A DNA stretch of 64,000 nucleotides. Origin: Eledone cirrhosa (taxonomy: Eukaryota). The number at the start of each line of letters is the position of its first letter. Position 1 is the first letter of the stretch. The notes below the pieces were generated by a model, which was not told where the DNA came from, did not search any database, and was given only the letters and a program-made list of their open reading frames with translations. Both the position numbers and the translations under genes were made by a program. Shown here in pieces: positions 26,968 to 40,275 of this stretch. Location: assembly GCA_964016885.1 (NCBI GenBank), contig CAXHJY010000519.1, positions 62,001 to 126,000 on the forward strand, in the 5' to 3' direction.

Positions 26968-27633
26968 AACACCACCCTCTCTCTGTAAAGTTGGTACCAC
27001 AACATCCAGTCCAAATAAATGAGATAATTAGATCGAGATCATGTAGGTGTCATGACAAAATAAAAACACAAAAAAACACACAGCCCACGCTGTAATGTGG
27101 CCGCGTAGGTAACACGGTAAAAAGTTCCCAGTTCCACACTGTAAATGTGGTTGGTGTTAGGAAGGGCATCCAGCCGTAGAAAATCTGCCAGATGGTCCTA
27201 TATGAGCGAGACACGGTCACCTAATCAACCTTGCCTCAAGTGGGACAACTCCCGTCTAACCCATGCTAGCGTGGAAGATAGACGTTAAACGATGATGATG
27301 ATGATGATGACTGTGAATGACCAAGCATAGATGAGTTGAGAGAGAAACTGTGTATAAGAGGGATAAGCTGTAGTGTGTGGGAGAGAAGACTGCATTGGTA
27401 TGGACATGTGATGCGCATGGAGGATGACCGCTGGGTGAAGAAGTGCCAGGAAATCCCAGTAGAAGGAAGACCACGAAAATCATATGCAGACGTAGTGAGA
27501 GCTGAATTCAGATCGCTGAAGTTCACGGAGGATATGACGAAGGACCGTGACGAATGGAGAAATGCTGTGCTGTATAGGACCCGTCCCAACCTTGCAAGGT
27601 GGGAAAAGCAGACATAAAATGATGATGATGATG
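26968..27633 (+). mobile_element. Family B retroposon followed by an RTE 3' fragment
   Basis: Family B to 27310, then RRLHWYGHVMRM...DRDEWR with a (GAT)n tail. Confidence 0.85.
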
Positions 27634-28430
27634 ATAAGGATGTTGTCTTGAAAATCAAGACGAAGCAGAGCATATTTGAAATTCATACAAATAATTTGAT
27701 ATCAATTTCTACGCTGTCATTGATGTTTGAAAAAAAACCAAAAAAAAAAACAAAGAGAAATTTTATGTGTATTTTGGACTTCTCTTAGAAATTGATATTA
27801 TAAATCTAATCTACTTAAAGACAGACAAACGGACAGCAACTGATTGAAACTTGAGATAGACATATAAATATCTATAAGTGTAATGTAAATAGTTCATCAA
27901 CATTATTTGAACTACTGGTTGCGCTCTAGGTTGCACTGTATACAATATCATACAATTTGGTAAATAATTCAGTGATTGTTGAAGATAGTCAGACTTAGAG
28001 AAAGAAGTCAGTTATTCTACAGAAATCTTTGTGAGTTATTTGTCAGGTAACATCAGTTAACTGGAATAGATAATTCATTGTAAAACTGTTACAAGTGTTT
28101 GAACTTCCAAAACTGTGCTTTGGCTATTTAGATATGTCAACCATATATTGGAGACACTCAGAAGAATTACTGTGTCACTTCCTAAAGATTAACATCCAAA
28201 TTCTTCATAAGTTCTCATATATTGATTTCTTCTAGCAGACTATCATCTTGTATTTTGAGACAATGGGGGTAGGGGAGGCTTTACATAGTTGTTAGAGCTG
28301 CTAGAAATAGCAACCGCATTTTTTTCAAATTGCACATTACTGTCTTAAAAATAAGAAAGTAAACTTCAACTCTTAATATCCCCCCCCCCTCTCTCTCTAT
28401 ATATATATATATAGATGTATGTATATATAG

Positions 28431-28469
<39 letters not shown>

Positions 28470-28512
28470 TGGTGTAGGGCAGAACAAAAGAGAGACACAA
28501 AATAAAAACCTA

Positions 28513-28555
28513 GTCACTGAAGAGGTCACAGAATGTGTGATGAAAGAGCTTTGAT
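28513..28555 (+). ncRNA. Minimal hammerhead-like motif
   Basis: GTCA-CTGAAGA-G-GTCACA/TGTGAT-GAAA-GAGCTT-TGAT. Confidence 0.55.
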
Positions 28556-28689
28556 AACATATAAACAACCATCCGGTTATTGAACCAACCAACCAACTGG
28601 AGATTTATAATAGATTGAAGTGAAAACCAACAAGTGCATATGTTTTTATTGCCAGCATGACTCTCCCAAAGTATAACAATATATATATG

Positions 28690-28749
<60 letters not shown>

Positions 28750-28947
28750 ACCCGTCCCACCCTTGCAAGCAGGGAAAAGCGGACGTAAAATGATGATGAT
28801 GATGATGATGATGATATGCAAAAGTTCTATTTAAAATTGTTGGGATACAACAAGTAAATATTTATAACTGATATAAAGCACTCGACAAGTTTTTGGAGTA
28901 GATATACGATATTAAATAAATGGAAACTATATTTATAAAACCATATT

Positions 28948-29012
28948 TATTTCACTATACATATTTCAGGGATACCAAATTAAAATATGGTATGCCTTCA
29001 TCAGATAAAATA
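28948..29012 (-). ncRNA. Type I hammerhead ribozyme
   Basis: Reverse complement of 29076-29140. Confidence 0.78.
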
Positions 29013-29075
29013 TAATATATAAACAGTTTTATAAATAATTTTGACGTACCCTATTAGATGCAACCATTATTTTTG

Positions 29076-29140
29076 TATTTTATCTGATGAAGGCATACCA
29101 TATTTTAATTTGGTATCCCTGAAATATGTATAGTGAAATA
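29076..29140 (+). ncRNA. Type I hammerhead ribozyme
   Basis: TATTTTAT-CTGATGA-AGGCATACCA...TGGTATCCCT-GAAA-TATGTA-TA-GTGAAATA. Confidence 0.78.
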
Positions 29141-29197
29141 AATATGGTTTTATAAATATAGTTTCCATTTATTTAATATCGTATATATATATATATA

Positions 29198-29430
29198 TAT
29201 TTATTAAAATAACAGATTAAAGTTTAAGCAAAGAATCATTGCTTTCACCCTTAACGGGATCTTCTGACTTTCAAAAGATCCCGTTAAGGGTGAAAGCAAC
29301 GATTCTTTGCTTAAACTTTAATCTGTTATTTTAATAAATATTTACTCTACGGTTCTTATATATTTGATATATATTTATCCTTATCGAGCCCTCTTTGGAT
29401 TTTACTCTTCACATTTATTATTACTATATA
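29198..29430. mobile_element. TA-flanked module with a palindrome of about 68-bp arms (29198-29343)
   Basis: Arms nearly identical; the unpaired tail is shared with 5300-5395 (reverse) and 17912-17998. Confidence 0.75.
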
Positions 29431-29625
29431 TATATATACTTCCACTCGGATGCCATGCTTTGACGTATAGAGTTACGGCCCTTGCCATTCTGAGTTCAAA
29501 TCCCGCCGAGGTTAACTTTGCCTTTCATCCTTATGGGGTTGATAAAATAAAGTACCAGTAATACACTGGGTAATTGCTGGCCTTGTGCCAAAACTAGAAA
29601 CAATTATTACTATATATATATATAT

Positions 29626-29678
<53 letters not shown>

Positions 29679-29689
29679 TATTATGCCTT

Positions 29690-29859
29690 GCTTGCAAGGG
29701 TGGGACAGGTCCTTTTCAGCAAACATCTCTCCCTTCGTCACTCACCAATCTGATGTCACCTCTCACCACCTTCGCCCATGTTTTTTGTAGTCTTCCTCTA
29801 CTGCATCTTCCTTCCACTGGGATTTCTTGGCACTTCTTCATCCAGCGGCCATCTTTCAT

Positions 29860-29862
<3 letters not shown>
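29690..29862 (-). mobile_element. RTE 3' fragment
   Basis: Encodes RMKDGRWMKKCQEIPVEGRCSRGRLQKTW. Confidence 0.8.
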
Positions 29863-29895
<33 letters not shown>

Positions 29896-29904
29896 ACACA
29901 CACA

Positions 29905-29975
<71 letters not shown>

Positions 29976-30000
29976 CAGATAGAACTGCACAAGAACTCAG

Positions 30001-31700
30001 TGATGATGGTGGTGAGGGTGATGGTGATAGTGATGATGACGATGGTGATGGTGACGATGATGATGGTAGTGAATGTGATTGGGATGATGGTGGTGGTGAT
30101 GGGGGTGATGGTGATGGTGGTGATGGTGATGGTGGTGATGGTGGTGATGGTGGTGGTGGTGATGGTGGTGATGGTGATGGTGGTGATGGTGGTGATGGTG
30201 GTGATGGTGGTGGTGGTGATGGTGATGATGTGATGGTGATGATGGTGATGAAGGTGATGATGGTGATGAAGGTGATGGTGATGGTGATGGTGAAGGTGAT
30301 GGTGATGATGGTGATGGTGATGGTGAAGGTGATGGTGATGGTGAAGGTGGTGGTGGTGATGGTGGTGATGGTGATGGTGATGGTGATGGTGGTGGTGGTG
30401 ATGGTGGTGATGGTGATGGTGGTGATGGTGGTGATGGTGATGGTGATGATGGTGGTGGTGGTGATGAAGGTGATGGTGATGGTGATGGTGAAGGTGATGG
30501 TGATGATGGTGATGGTGGTGATGGTGATGGTGGTGATGGTGGTGATGGTGATGGTGATGATGGTGGTGGTGGTGATGGTGATGATGGTGGTGGTGGTGAT
30601 GGTGATGGTGGTGGTGGTGATGATGTGATGGTGATGATGGTGATGATGGTGATGAAGGTGATGGTGATGGTGATGGTGAAGGTGATGGTGATGGTGATGG
30701 TGAAGGTGATGGTGATGGTGATGGTGGTGATGGTGATGGTGATGATGGTGGTGGTGGTGATGAAGGTGATGGTGATGGTGATGGTGAAGGTGATGGTGAT
30801 GATGGTGATGGTGGTGATGGTGATGGTGGTGATGAAGGTGATGGTGATGGTGATGGTGAAGGTGATGGTGATGGTGAAGGTGATGGTGATGGTGATGGTG
30901 GTGATGGTGATGGTGATGATGGTGGTGGTGGTGATGAAGGTGATGGTGATGGTGATGGTGAAGGTGATGGTGATGATGGTGATGGTGGTGATGGTGATGG
31001 TGGTGATGGTGATGGTGATGATGGTGGTGGTGGTGATGAAGGTGATGGTGATGGTGATGGTGAAGGTGATGGTGATGGTGAAGGTGATGGTGATGGTGAT
31101 GGTGGTGATGGTGATGGTGATGATGGTGGTGGTGGTGATGAAGGTGATGGTGATGGTGATGGTGAAGGTGATGGTGATGATGGTGATGGTGGTGATGGTG
31201 ATGGTGGTGATGGTGATGGTGGTGATGGTGATGATGGTGGTGGTGGTGATGGTGATGGTGGTGGTGGTGATGATGTGATGGTGATGATGGTGATGATGGT
31301 GATGAAGGTGATGGTGATGGTGATGGTGAAGGTGATGGTGATGATGGTGATGGTGAAGGTGATGGTGATGGTGAAGGTGATGGTGATGGTGATGATGGTG
31401 ATGGTGGTGATGGTGATGATGATGGTGATGGTGATGGTGGTGGTGGTGGTGGTGGTGGTGATGGTGATGATGGTGATGGTGATGATGAATGACAATGGGG
31501 ATGATAGTGATGATAATTATAACAATGGTGATGATGATGATGATGAGGATGAGGGATGGCGATTATGATGATGATGCTTATGATGATGATGATGATGATG
31601 ATGGTGATAAGGGTGGGGATGATGATGATAACACTACTGACAATGGAAATGATAATGATGATAATTATAACGATGATGATGATGATAATTATGACGATAA
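30001..31700. repeat. Compound (GAT/GGT/GAA)n array
   Basis: Direct reading, with internally duplicated blocks. Confidence 0.95.
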
Positions 31701-31798
31701 GGACAACAATCATAGATTAACTATAATTATATATTACATCAGCTTCCTAACAAGCAAGCACATCTAATATTTATATATATTTAACATAGAGTAATCTA

Positions 31799-32152
31799 TG
31801 GAGGCACATGGCTTAGTGGTTAGAGCAGGTTGTGAGTTCAATTCTCAGACCGGGTGATGTGTTGTTTCCTTGAGCAAGACACTTTATTTCACATTGCTCC
31901 AGTTTACTCAGCTGTAGAAATGAGATGATAGGGACTGGGGTCCCTATCATTCCACTGTAAAGTGGTCGTGGAGGTGCCACGGCAAAAAAGCACCCAGCAC
32001 TCACTGTAAAGTGGACATGTAGGCACCACAGCAAAAAAAGCACCCAGCACTCACTGTAAATGAGGTTGGTGTTAGGAAGGGCATCCAGCTGTAGTCCCGT
32101 CCCACCCTTGCAAGCAGGGAAAAGCAGACGTAAAATGATGATGAAATGATGA
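31799..32152 (+). mobile_element. SINE family A with 7-bp TSD TAATCTA
   Basis: TSD at 31792-31798 and 32153-32159; empty site in the duplicate copy at 32325-32331. Confidence 0.9.
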
Positions 32153-32959
32153 TAATCTACAAGGTATTATCAATTGTTTAATAGAGTTTAAAATAGGTTT
32201 AGATTAACAGTTGACAAAATATAGTTTGTTAGTCTTAAGAGAATAACTTGATTTGCCCATCTTTATAAATTTATTATATTCATTAAATAAGCACATCTAA
32301 TATTTATATATATTTAACATAGAGTAATCTACAAGGTATTATCAATTGTTTAATAGAGTTTAAAATAGGTTCAGATTAACAGTTGACAAAATATAGTTTG
32401 TTAGTCTTAAGAGAATAACTTTATAAATTTATTATATTCATTAAATATACAAGCTAGTTTCTTCATCAATCTGTTCAAATAATCGATTAAATTGTTTGAA
32501 GTTGTTTTGGATTAAAACTGTAATGTCTTGGTCACAGATGATTAAATGTAATTATTTATTTCACTTTCATCAGGTTTATAAATTTTGTCAAAAATTAAAT
32601 TAAATTATTCATATATTTTTTTTTCAGTTTTCTAAAGAAGAAATATTTAATTTCTTTCTTTCTTTTCTATTTTTATTTTTTTTTGAAATGGTCGACAATA
32701 TCCTAGACCTCATTCGCTTACTGATTGGGGTGGTACTCATCAAACTGGACCAAGGAAACAATGTTTTCATTGGTCTTTTCATTGCTGATACTATATACCA
32801 GTTGAAACTCCTGGCAGAAGGACTAGCATGAAGTAATGCACTGCCTGGTGCATGAAGCAAACTTGCAACTTCACGATTGCGAATCCAATTCTTTATCCAC
32901 TAAGCCATGCATGGAGCATAACCCTACCATGAAGATTTATAGTGGAGAAAGACCTAAAG

Positions 32960-33276
32960 TTGTAATTTACCATATGGTTCATATATAAAATTTAGTTGGG
33001 AAATTTTATTTCAAATAGGAATCCTATGAAATGGATGGTTTTGTTTCATAGAACTAGAATTGGTTTTGGCTGGGTCGAACTAGAAGTAGAACTGGTTTTG
33101 GCTAGTTTGAACTAGAACTAGAGCTGGTTTTTGCTGGGTTGAACTAGAACGAGTTTTAGATGGGTTGAAGTAGAACTGGTTTTGGCTAGTTCGAACTAGA
33201 ATTAGAACTGGTTTTGGAAAGGTTGAACTAGAACTGGTTTTGGCTGGTTTGAACTAGAATTAGAACTGGTTTTGGC
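32960..33276. repeat. Left arm of an inverted duplication with an (aactagaactggttttggct)-type minisatellite
   Basis: Reverse complement of 34165-34853. Confidence 0.85.
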
Positions 33277-34038
33277 ATGGAGGATAACTCTACCACGAAG
33301 ATTTATAGTGGAGAAAGACCTAAACGTTATGAATTGAATAATGATAATGTAGTCAGAGATATACAAACATAAAGGTGCATGGCTTAGGGGCCAGAACCAG
33401 ATTTAGACCATGGGGAGCCAGAGGCAGTTCAGGTTTGGTCCCTCATATAATAAAATGCACCCACACACACACATATTTGTGTTGAATCCTCAACCACTTA
33501 ACTTTCATAACTTTGACAGGTTTCGGCCAGTATTAGCCCAGGCCATGTCATTGTTGAAACAACTGTAATACTTGTCAGAACTGATGAGGAGCTAACCAAT
33601 ATACAACCATTTGAAAATATTATAGGAGGTGATGGCCATGGTTGGGAAGCTTTGATCATTGGTCACTTTGATAAGGACTGACTTAGTTTTAAACAACAAC
33701 AACATTTTCAGTGAATAAGATCGCAGATCTGAAGGCCACTCACATCCTTCACAAATGAATTCTGTTGAGAAGGATGAGTACAATTCTCTATCAGCTTGAT
33801 TGTTGTTGTTGTTGTCAAACCTAATTGAGCAGAGCAATGATCAAAGGTATTCCCTCCATGGCCACCCTGTATTTATAGGGGTATATAGGACAACGTTATC
33901 TAATATGTACTTTTCTTGTTTAAAAATGTCAGTGCCCCAGCATGGCCTCAGCCTATCGTCTGAAACATGTAATAGGGTAAGTGAGTATGGTTTTAAGTAC
34001 ATTCAGCTACTATTTCCAGCAGGTCTTTTAGTAGTAGC

Positions 34039-34076
<38 letters not shown>

Positions 34077-34164
34077 CTGTTATTGTTGTTGTTTAGCTCC
34101 AGCTCAGTCCTGCTCAATCATCTCCACAATCAAAGGGATTACAGTGGCGATCATCACTACTTTG

Positions 34165-34853
34165 TTCAACCCAGCCAAAACCAGTTCTAGTTCAACCCAG
34201 CCAAAACCAGTTCTAGTTCAAACCAGCCAAAACCAGTTCTAGTTCAACCTTGCCAAAACCAGTTCTAATTCTAGTTCAAACTAGCCAAAACCAGTTCTAG
34301 CTCAACCCAACCAAACCAGCTCTAGTTCAACCTAACACAAACCAGTTCTAGTTCTGGTTCAAACCAGCCAAAACCAGTTATAGTTCAACCCAATCAAAAC
34401 CAGTTCTACTTCAAACTAGCCAAAACCAGTTTTACTTCGACCCATCTAAAACTAGTTCTAGTTCAACCCAGCCAAAACCAGCTCTAGTTCTAGTTCAAAC
34501 CAGCCAAAACCAGTTCTACTTCTAGTTTGTCCCAGCAAAACCAGTACTAGTTCAACCTAGCCCAAACCAGTTCTAATTCTAATTCAACCCATCCAAAACC
34601 AGTTCTAGTTCATCCCATCCAAAACCAGTTCTAGTTCAACCCATCCAAAACCAGTTCTAATTCAACCCAACCAGTTCTAGTTCAACCCAGCCCAAACCAG
34701 TTCTAGTTCAACCCAGCCCAAACCAGTTCTAGTTCAAACCAGCCAAAACCAATTCTAGTTCTATGAAACAAAACCATCCATTTCAAAGGATTCTTATTTG
34801 AAATAAAATTTCCCAACTAAATTTTATATATGAACCATATGGTAAGTTACAAA
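34165..34853. repeat. Right arm, expanded 24-30-bp minisatellite plus unique end
   Basis: Units ccagttctagttcaacccagccaaaa. Confidence 0.88.
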
Positions 34854-35379
34854 TTTAGTAATGAACTAATTAATAACTTCAGTAAATTCCACAAAATTCT
34901 TCATTAATTAATTGTAACAGAGTGTATATCTGATGAAATACAGCCACAAAAGGGTTAAATAACAGCAACCACATCAATAACATCAACAACAACACTTGTA
35001 CTGGGTATGAACTCACAACAGATAACCTGATAGCTTAATATCTCCCCTATTTAACTATTGCAGCAATACATAGCGCAACGTATGCTAATCTTTATGTAAT
35101 CCCAATATAATCTGGATAAACTGTTATATATAATATATTGATCTATTGTAGTATAATAACATACCGGATTTTATTCTATCAATGTTCAAATCTTCTCGAC
35201 TTGTCACTCAGTTTAAATATTAGCCCCCCTCCCCATGCCTGCACTCACGCACATATTCTTGGGTTAATTAAATAATTGATATACATACATATATATATAT
35301 ATATATGTGTGTGTGTGTATGTATGTATATATATGTATGTATGTATATATATGTGTATATGTATATATATATGTATTTA

Positions 35380-35418
<39 letters not shown>

Positions 35419-35492
35419 CCATATATATATATATCCATATATATATATATATATCCATATATATATATATATCCATATATATATATATATAT

Positions 35493-35530
<38 letters not shown>

Positions 35531-35580
35531 ATATATATATCCATATATATATCCATATATATATATATATATATATATAT

Positions 35581-35796
35581 GAAAAAGTATGACCCCGACG
35601 GCAGAGCTCAAGCCGTTTCGACGGCTATTTCTGGACTCCGTTTCGATGGCTATTTTGAGTCCAGAAATTGCTGTCGAAACGGCTTGAGCTCTGCCGTCGG
35701 GGTCATACTTTTTCCTATTTCCCACTCTACTACCCTAAGTATTGAGTACTCTGGTGCATTATGGTTCATCTGGTTCCTTACCACACTTCCTTTGTT
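35581..35796. mobile_element. TA-flanked module with terminal inversion (palindrome 35581-35714)
   Basis: gaaaaagtatgaccccgacgg...ccgtcggggtcatactttttc; second copy at 48806-48958. Confidence 0.8.
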
Positions 35797-36094
35797 ATAT
35801 ATATATATATATATCCATATATATATATATATCCATATATATATATATATCCATCATTTTGTTTGACCCGTTTAGCTTGTTCGCTTTTTTGGCTATGGTG
35901 GTTAATGGCTTCTTAACCATCGTCTCAGCGTGTATGACCATTTTAACTTATGTTTATAGCTCTGGTATCTTCTTCTTCATATCCATGGAGCGCTTGTCTG
36001 CACAATATGGAAGTTGCGTTTCGCTAATTTCTACCCGCCGAAATGCGATTCTCGCTAAATATATCCATATATATATATATATATATATATAGTT

Positions 36095-39010
36095 TCAAAA
36101 ATTGCGCATCTGGCCAAGTCTTTAGAATAGGAATTCAGATTAGGGTGTGCCCAGGACAAAGACAATGAAAAAAAACAACAACAAAAAAACGGGCAGTCCC
36201 ATTTCTTCAGCCAACCTCTGAAAATCAAGAGAGCTTTGGCCTGGGCAAACATCCCTCAACTTTGGAACCGTCTGGGTTGTCCAGAATTGATGGGAAAAGA
36301 CCTGACAGTCTTACCCTATGATGCTTTGTCCCAGATGCTTTGTCTGGGACGTCACAGTTAGTGATTCTTTTGCTTCTTCCCAGCGGTAGGGCGAGAGCTA
36401 CAGCATCCACAGCCGAACGGAACACCGTGATCTGTTGGCTAACTACATTTTCCAACCTGTGACATTCGAGACGGTTGAAGGAGTCGGGCTACTGACTGTG
36501 AGATTCTTATCTTCACTGGTGACTCACCTAACATAGGTAACTGGTGATGCTCGAGAGGGCGCTTGGTTGTTCCAGCACCACAGCCTCGCCATCACCCAAG
36601 GTAACTGGTTATGCTTGTGAGGGTGCTTGGTTTTTCAAGCACCCCAGCCTCGCCATCACCCAAGGTAACTGGTGATGCTCGAGAGGGCGCGTGGTTGTTC
36701 CAGCACCCCAGCCTCGCCATCACCCAAGGTAACTGGTTATGCTCGAAATGGCGCTTGGTTGTTCCAGCACCACAGCCTCGCCATCACCCAAGGTAACTGG
36801 TGATGCTCGAGAGGGCGCTTGGTTGTTCCAGCACCACAGCCTCGCCATCACCCAAGGTAACTGGTTATGCTCGAAATGGCGCTTGGTTGTTCCAGCACCA
36901 CAGCCTCGCCATCACCCAAGGTAACTGGTGATGCTCGAGAGGGCGCTTGGTTGTTCCAGCACCACAGCCTCGCCATCACCCAAGGTAACTGGTTATGCTC
37001 GAAATGGCGCTTGGTTGTTCCAGCACCCCAGCCTCGCCATCACCCAAGGTAACTGGTTATGCTCGAGAGGGCGCTTGGTTGTTCCAGCACCTCAGCCTCG
37101 CCATCACCCAAGGTAACTGGTTATGCTCGAGAGGGCGCTTGGTTGTTCCAGCACCTCAGCCTCGCCATCACCCAAGGTAACTGGTGATGCTCGAGAGGGC
37201 GCTTGGTTGTTCCAGCACCTCAGCCTCGCCATCACCCAAGGTAACTGGTTATGCTCGAGAGGGCGCTTGGTTGTTCCAGCACCTCAGCCTCGCCATCACC
37301 CAAGGTAACTGGTTATGCTCGAGAGGGCGCTTGGTTGTTCCAGCACCCCAGCCTCGCCATCACCCAAGGTAACTGGTTATGCTTGTGAGGGCGCTTGGTT
37401 GTTCCAGCATCTCAGCCTCGCCATCACCCTAGGTAACTGGTTATGCTCGAAATGGCGCTTGGTTGTTCCAGCACCTCAGCCTCGCCATCACCCAAGGTAA
37501 CTGGTTATGCTTGTGAGGGCGCTTGGTTGTTCCAGCACCTCAGCCTCGCCATCACCCTAGGTAACTGGTTATGCTTGTGAGGGCGCTTGGTTGTTCCAGC
37601 ACCTCAGCCTCGCCATCACCCAAGGTAACTGGTTATGCTTGTGAGGGCGCTTGGTTGTTCCAGCACCTCAGCCTCGCCATCACCCAAGGTAACTGGTTAT
37701 GCTTGTGAGGGCGCTTGGTTGTTCCAGCACCTCAGCCTCGCCATCACCCAAGGTAACTGGTTATGCTTGTGAGGGCGCTTGGTTGTTCCAGCACCTCAGC
37801 CTCGCCATCACCCAAGGTAACTGGTTATGCTTGTGAGGGTGCTTGGTTTTTCAAGCACCCCAGCCTCGCCATCACCCAAGGTAACTGGTGATGCTCGAGA
37901 GGGCGCGTGGTTGTTCCAGCACCCCAGCCTCGCCATCACCCAAGGTAACTGGTTATGCTCGAAATGGCGCTTGGTTGTTCCAGCACCACAGCCTCGCCAT
38001 CACCCAAGGTAACTGGTGATGCTCGAGAGGGCGCTTGGTTGTTCCAGCACCACAGCCTCGCCATCACCCAAGGTAACTGGTTATGCTCGAAATGGCGCTT
38101 GGTTGTTCCAGCACCACAGCCTCGCCATCACCCAAGGTAACTGGTGATGCTCGAGAGGGCGCTTGGTTGTTCCAGCACCACAGCCTCGCCATCACCCAAG
38201 GTAACTGGTTATGCTCGAAATGGCGCTTGGTTGTTCCAGCACCCCAGCCTCGCCATCACCCAAGGTAACTGGTTATGCTCGAGAGGGCGCTTGGTTGTTC
38301 CAGCACCTCAGCCTCGCCATCACCCAAGGTAACTGGTTATGCTCGAGAGGGCGCTTGGTTGTTCCAGCACCTCAGCCTCGCCATCACCCAAGGTAACTGG
38401 TGATGCTCGAGAGGGCGCTTGGTTGTTCCAGCACCTCAGCCTCGCCATCACCCAAGGTAACTGGTTATGCTCGAGAGGGCGCTTGGTTGTTCCAGCACCT
38501 CAGCCTCGCCATCACCCAAGGTAACTGGTTATGCTCGAGAGGGCGCTTGGTTGTTCCAGCACCCCAGCCTCGCCATCACCCAAGGTAACTGGTTATGCTT
38601 GTGAGGGCGCTTGGTTGTTCCAGCATCTCAGCCTCGCCATCACCCTAGGTAACTGGTTATGCTCGAAATGGCGCTTGGTTGTTCCAGCACCTCAGCCTCG
38701 CCATCACCCAAGGTAACTGGTTATGCTTGTGAGGGCGCTTGGTTGTTCCAGCACCTCAGCCTCGTCATCACCCTAGGTAACTGGTTATGCTTGTGAGGGC
38801 GCTTGGTTGTTCCAGCACCTCAGCCTCGCCATCACCCAAGGTAACTGGTTATGCTTGTGAGGGCGCTTGGTTGTTCCAGCACCTCAGCCTCGCCATCACC
38901 CAAGGTAACTGGTTATGCTTGTGAGGGCGCTTGGTTGTTCCAGCACCTCAGCCTCGCCATCACCCTAGGTAACACTGCGATCGTGCTGGCTTGCCTCAAA
39001 AACTGTGAGA
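36095..39010 (+). pseudogene. CRE-like non-LTR retrotransposon C-terminal restriction-like endonuclease remnant
   Basis: Translates IKRALAWANIP..LEPSGLSRIDGKRPDSLTL..VWDVTVSDSFAS..YIFQPVTFET..TGDAREGAWLFQH.SLAITQGN..TAIVLA, with frameshifts. Confidence 0.8.
36536..38973. repeat. 64-bp satellite, 38 units arranged as a 2 x 19-mer higher-order repeat
   Basis: GGTAAC at 36536 and 38968 are 2432 bp apart (38 x 64); the variant pattern recurs at a 1216-bp offset. Confidence 0.96.
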
Positions 39011-40182
39011 GAGTTTTCCCAGTACTCCTTGCTATACTGTTATCTTTTGTTCTGGTAGTGGCTCATTTGTCAACCCCTTTCGCCTGCCTTTTGTTGTATG
39101 TGGTCCTAGATGTGTGTATTACCTGCTTGTGTGTTTCTTTCTCTTTCTTTTTTTCCTTTCCCTTTCCTTTGTATATATTATATTTGTTTGTGTTTTCATT
39201 CTGTAAGCATTATATTATCATATTTTTATACAACTACAAATTTTACTTATATATGATTGTTCTTCGATAATCAATATATAAGACCTCGTCGATGTGTGTG
39301 TCTGTTATAGAGTAATGAAACACGTCCAGTGCTGCGTTCGTCGCTTTTACTCTGCAGACCTACGATCAAAAGCGTTCCAGCCAACACCGAACCTTTTAAC
39401 TTAATTTGTAGGAAATTTGGCTGCTATTTTTAGCAGCAGGTGAAGCGTTGCTGTACAATAGTTTGTGGGCTAGGTGTTATTGGTTTATTCTCAGGATGAA
39501 TCCCGAAGCAGCTACAGATTGCCCACCCACGGTAACCGTGTGTCTAACGACCTCTGAATAACTTGGTTGGGCGTCCTAGAGCAGAATAGAGCCTATCAAT
39601 AGAACGTGCTGGATTGCCTTAGTGAATATATTCTTTGAATATGCTCAGAGACGGTCAGCTTTGAGGCTGTTCCCATTAAACTGGGTTTCCAATATCCCTA
39701 TATGATTGAAAGGAAATAACAGTTGTCTCCCTTGATAATAGATCTATTTCTTTCACATCGGAAAGAAGGAATATGGACCCTGGATGTCAATATAAGGTTT
39801 CAGGTACGTTTGTCAGTCGTGATTGAGCAGACAATTAGCTAGGGACGTTCCAGGAGTGACTATCTCGTCTTATTTTGAAACAGTGTATCTCGGACTATAT
39901 TATCCAATGGGTCCTTATTTTAATAAAAACTGTAAAGGGCTATTTGAGAAAGACGTTTGTCTTAATATTAGTAGCCTGGACGACTACGTAGGGACACCTC
40001 ATTGACTACTTCTTCTTTATAAGCACAAATAAAGAAAAGTAAAACAACAACAAAAAAATTAACTAGAGATGGAACCACCGGAAATCGAAACCGGCACGTT
40101 GTGCATCTCAAGAAAACGTTTATATACATATAAATGTATGCGCATGCATGCACCAACATGTAGAAAAAAAATCATAGTAAAT

Positions 40183-40192
40183 AAAAAAAAAA
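40183..40192 (-). terminator. Pol III oligo-T terminator of tRNA-Ala
   Basis: Run of T about 10 nt downstream of the tRNA 3' end. Confidence 0.75.
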
Positions 40193-40202
40193 TAGCTTTC
40201 AC

Positions 40203-40275
40203 TGGAGAATCCGGGCATCGATCCCGGTACCTCTCGCATGCTAAGCGAGCGCTCTACCATCTGAGCTAATTCCCC
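40203..40275 (-). tRNA. tRNA-Ala: tRNA-Ala(AGC)
   Basis: GGGGAATTAGCTCAGATGGTAGAGCGCTCGCTTAGCATGCGAGAGGTACCGGGATCGATGCCCGGATTCTCCA; full cloverleaf, G3:U70 pair, AGC anticodon, upstream TATA-like tract. Confidence 0.97.

Larger units (their letters stand above)
28818..29186. mobile_element. Penelope-like pLTR-type module with an inverted duplication of about 110 bp
   Basis: 28902-29012 is the reverse complement of 29076-29186; homologous to 41848-42070. Confidence 0.75.

Noticed and set aside
29585-31713. Poly-His, Pro-Ser and Met-Val ORFs up to 665 aa
   Set aside because: GAT/GGT microsatellite artefacts
33581-33600. CTGATGAG motif
   Set aside because: No stem II or GAAA partner nearby
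36536-38973. CRISPR array or twister ribozyme array
   Set aside because: No unique spacers and no cas genes; twister-like words (TAAC, CCCAAG, GAGGG) are in the wrong order; better explained by CRE coding sequence
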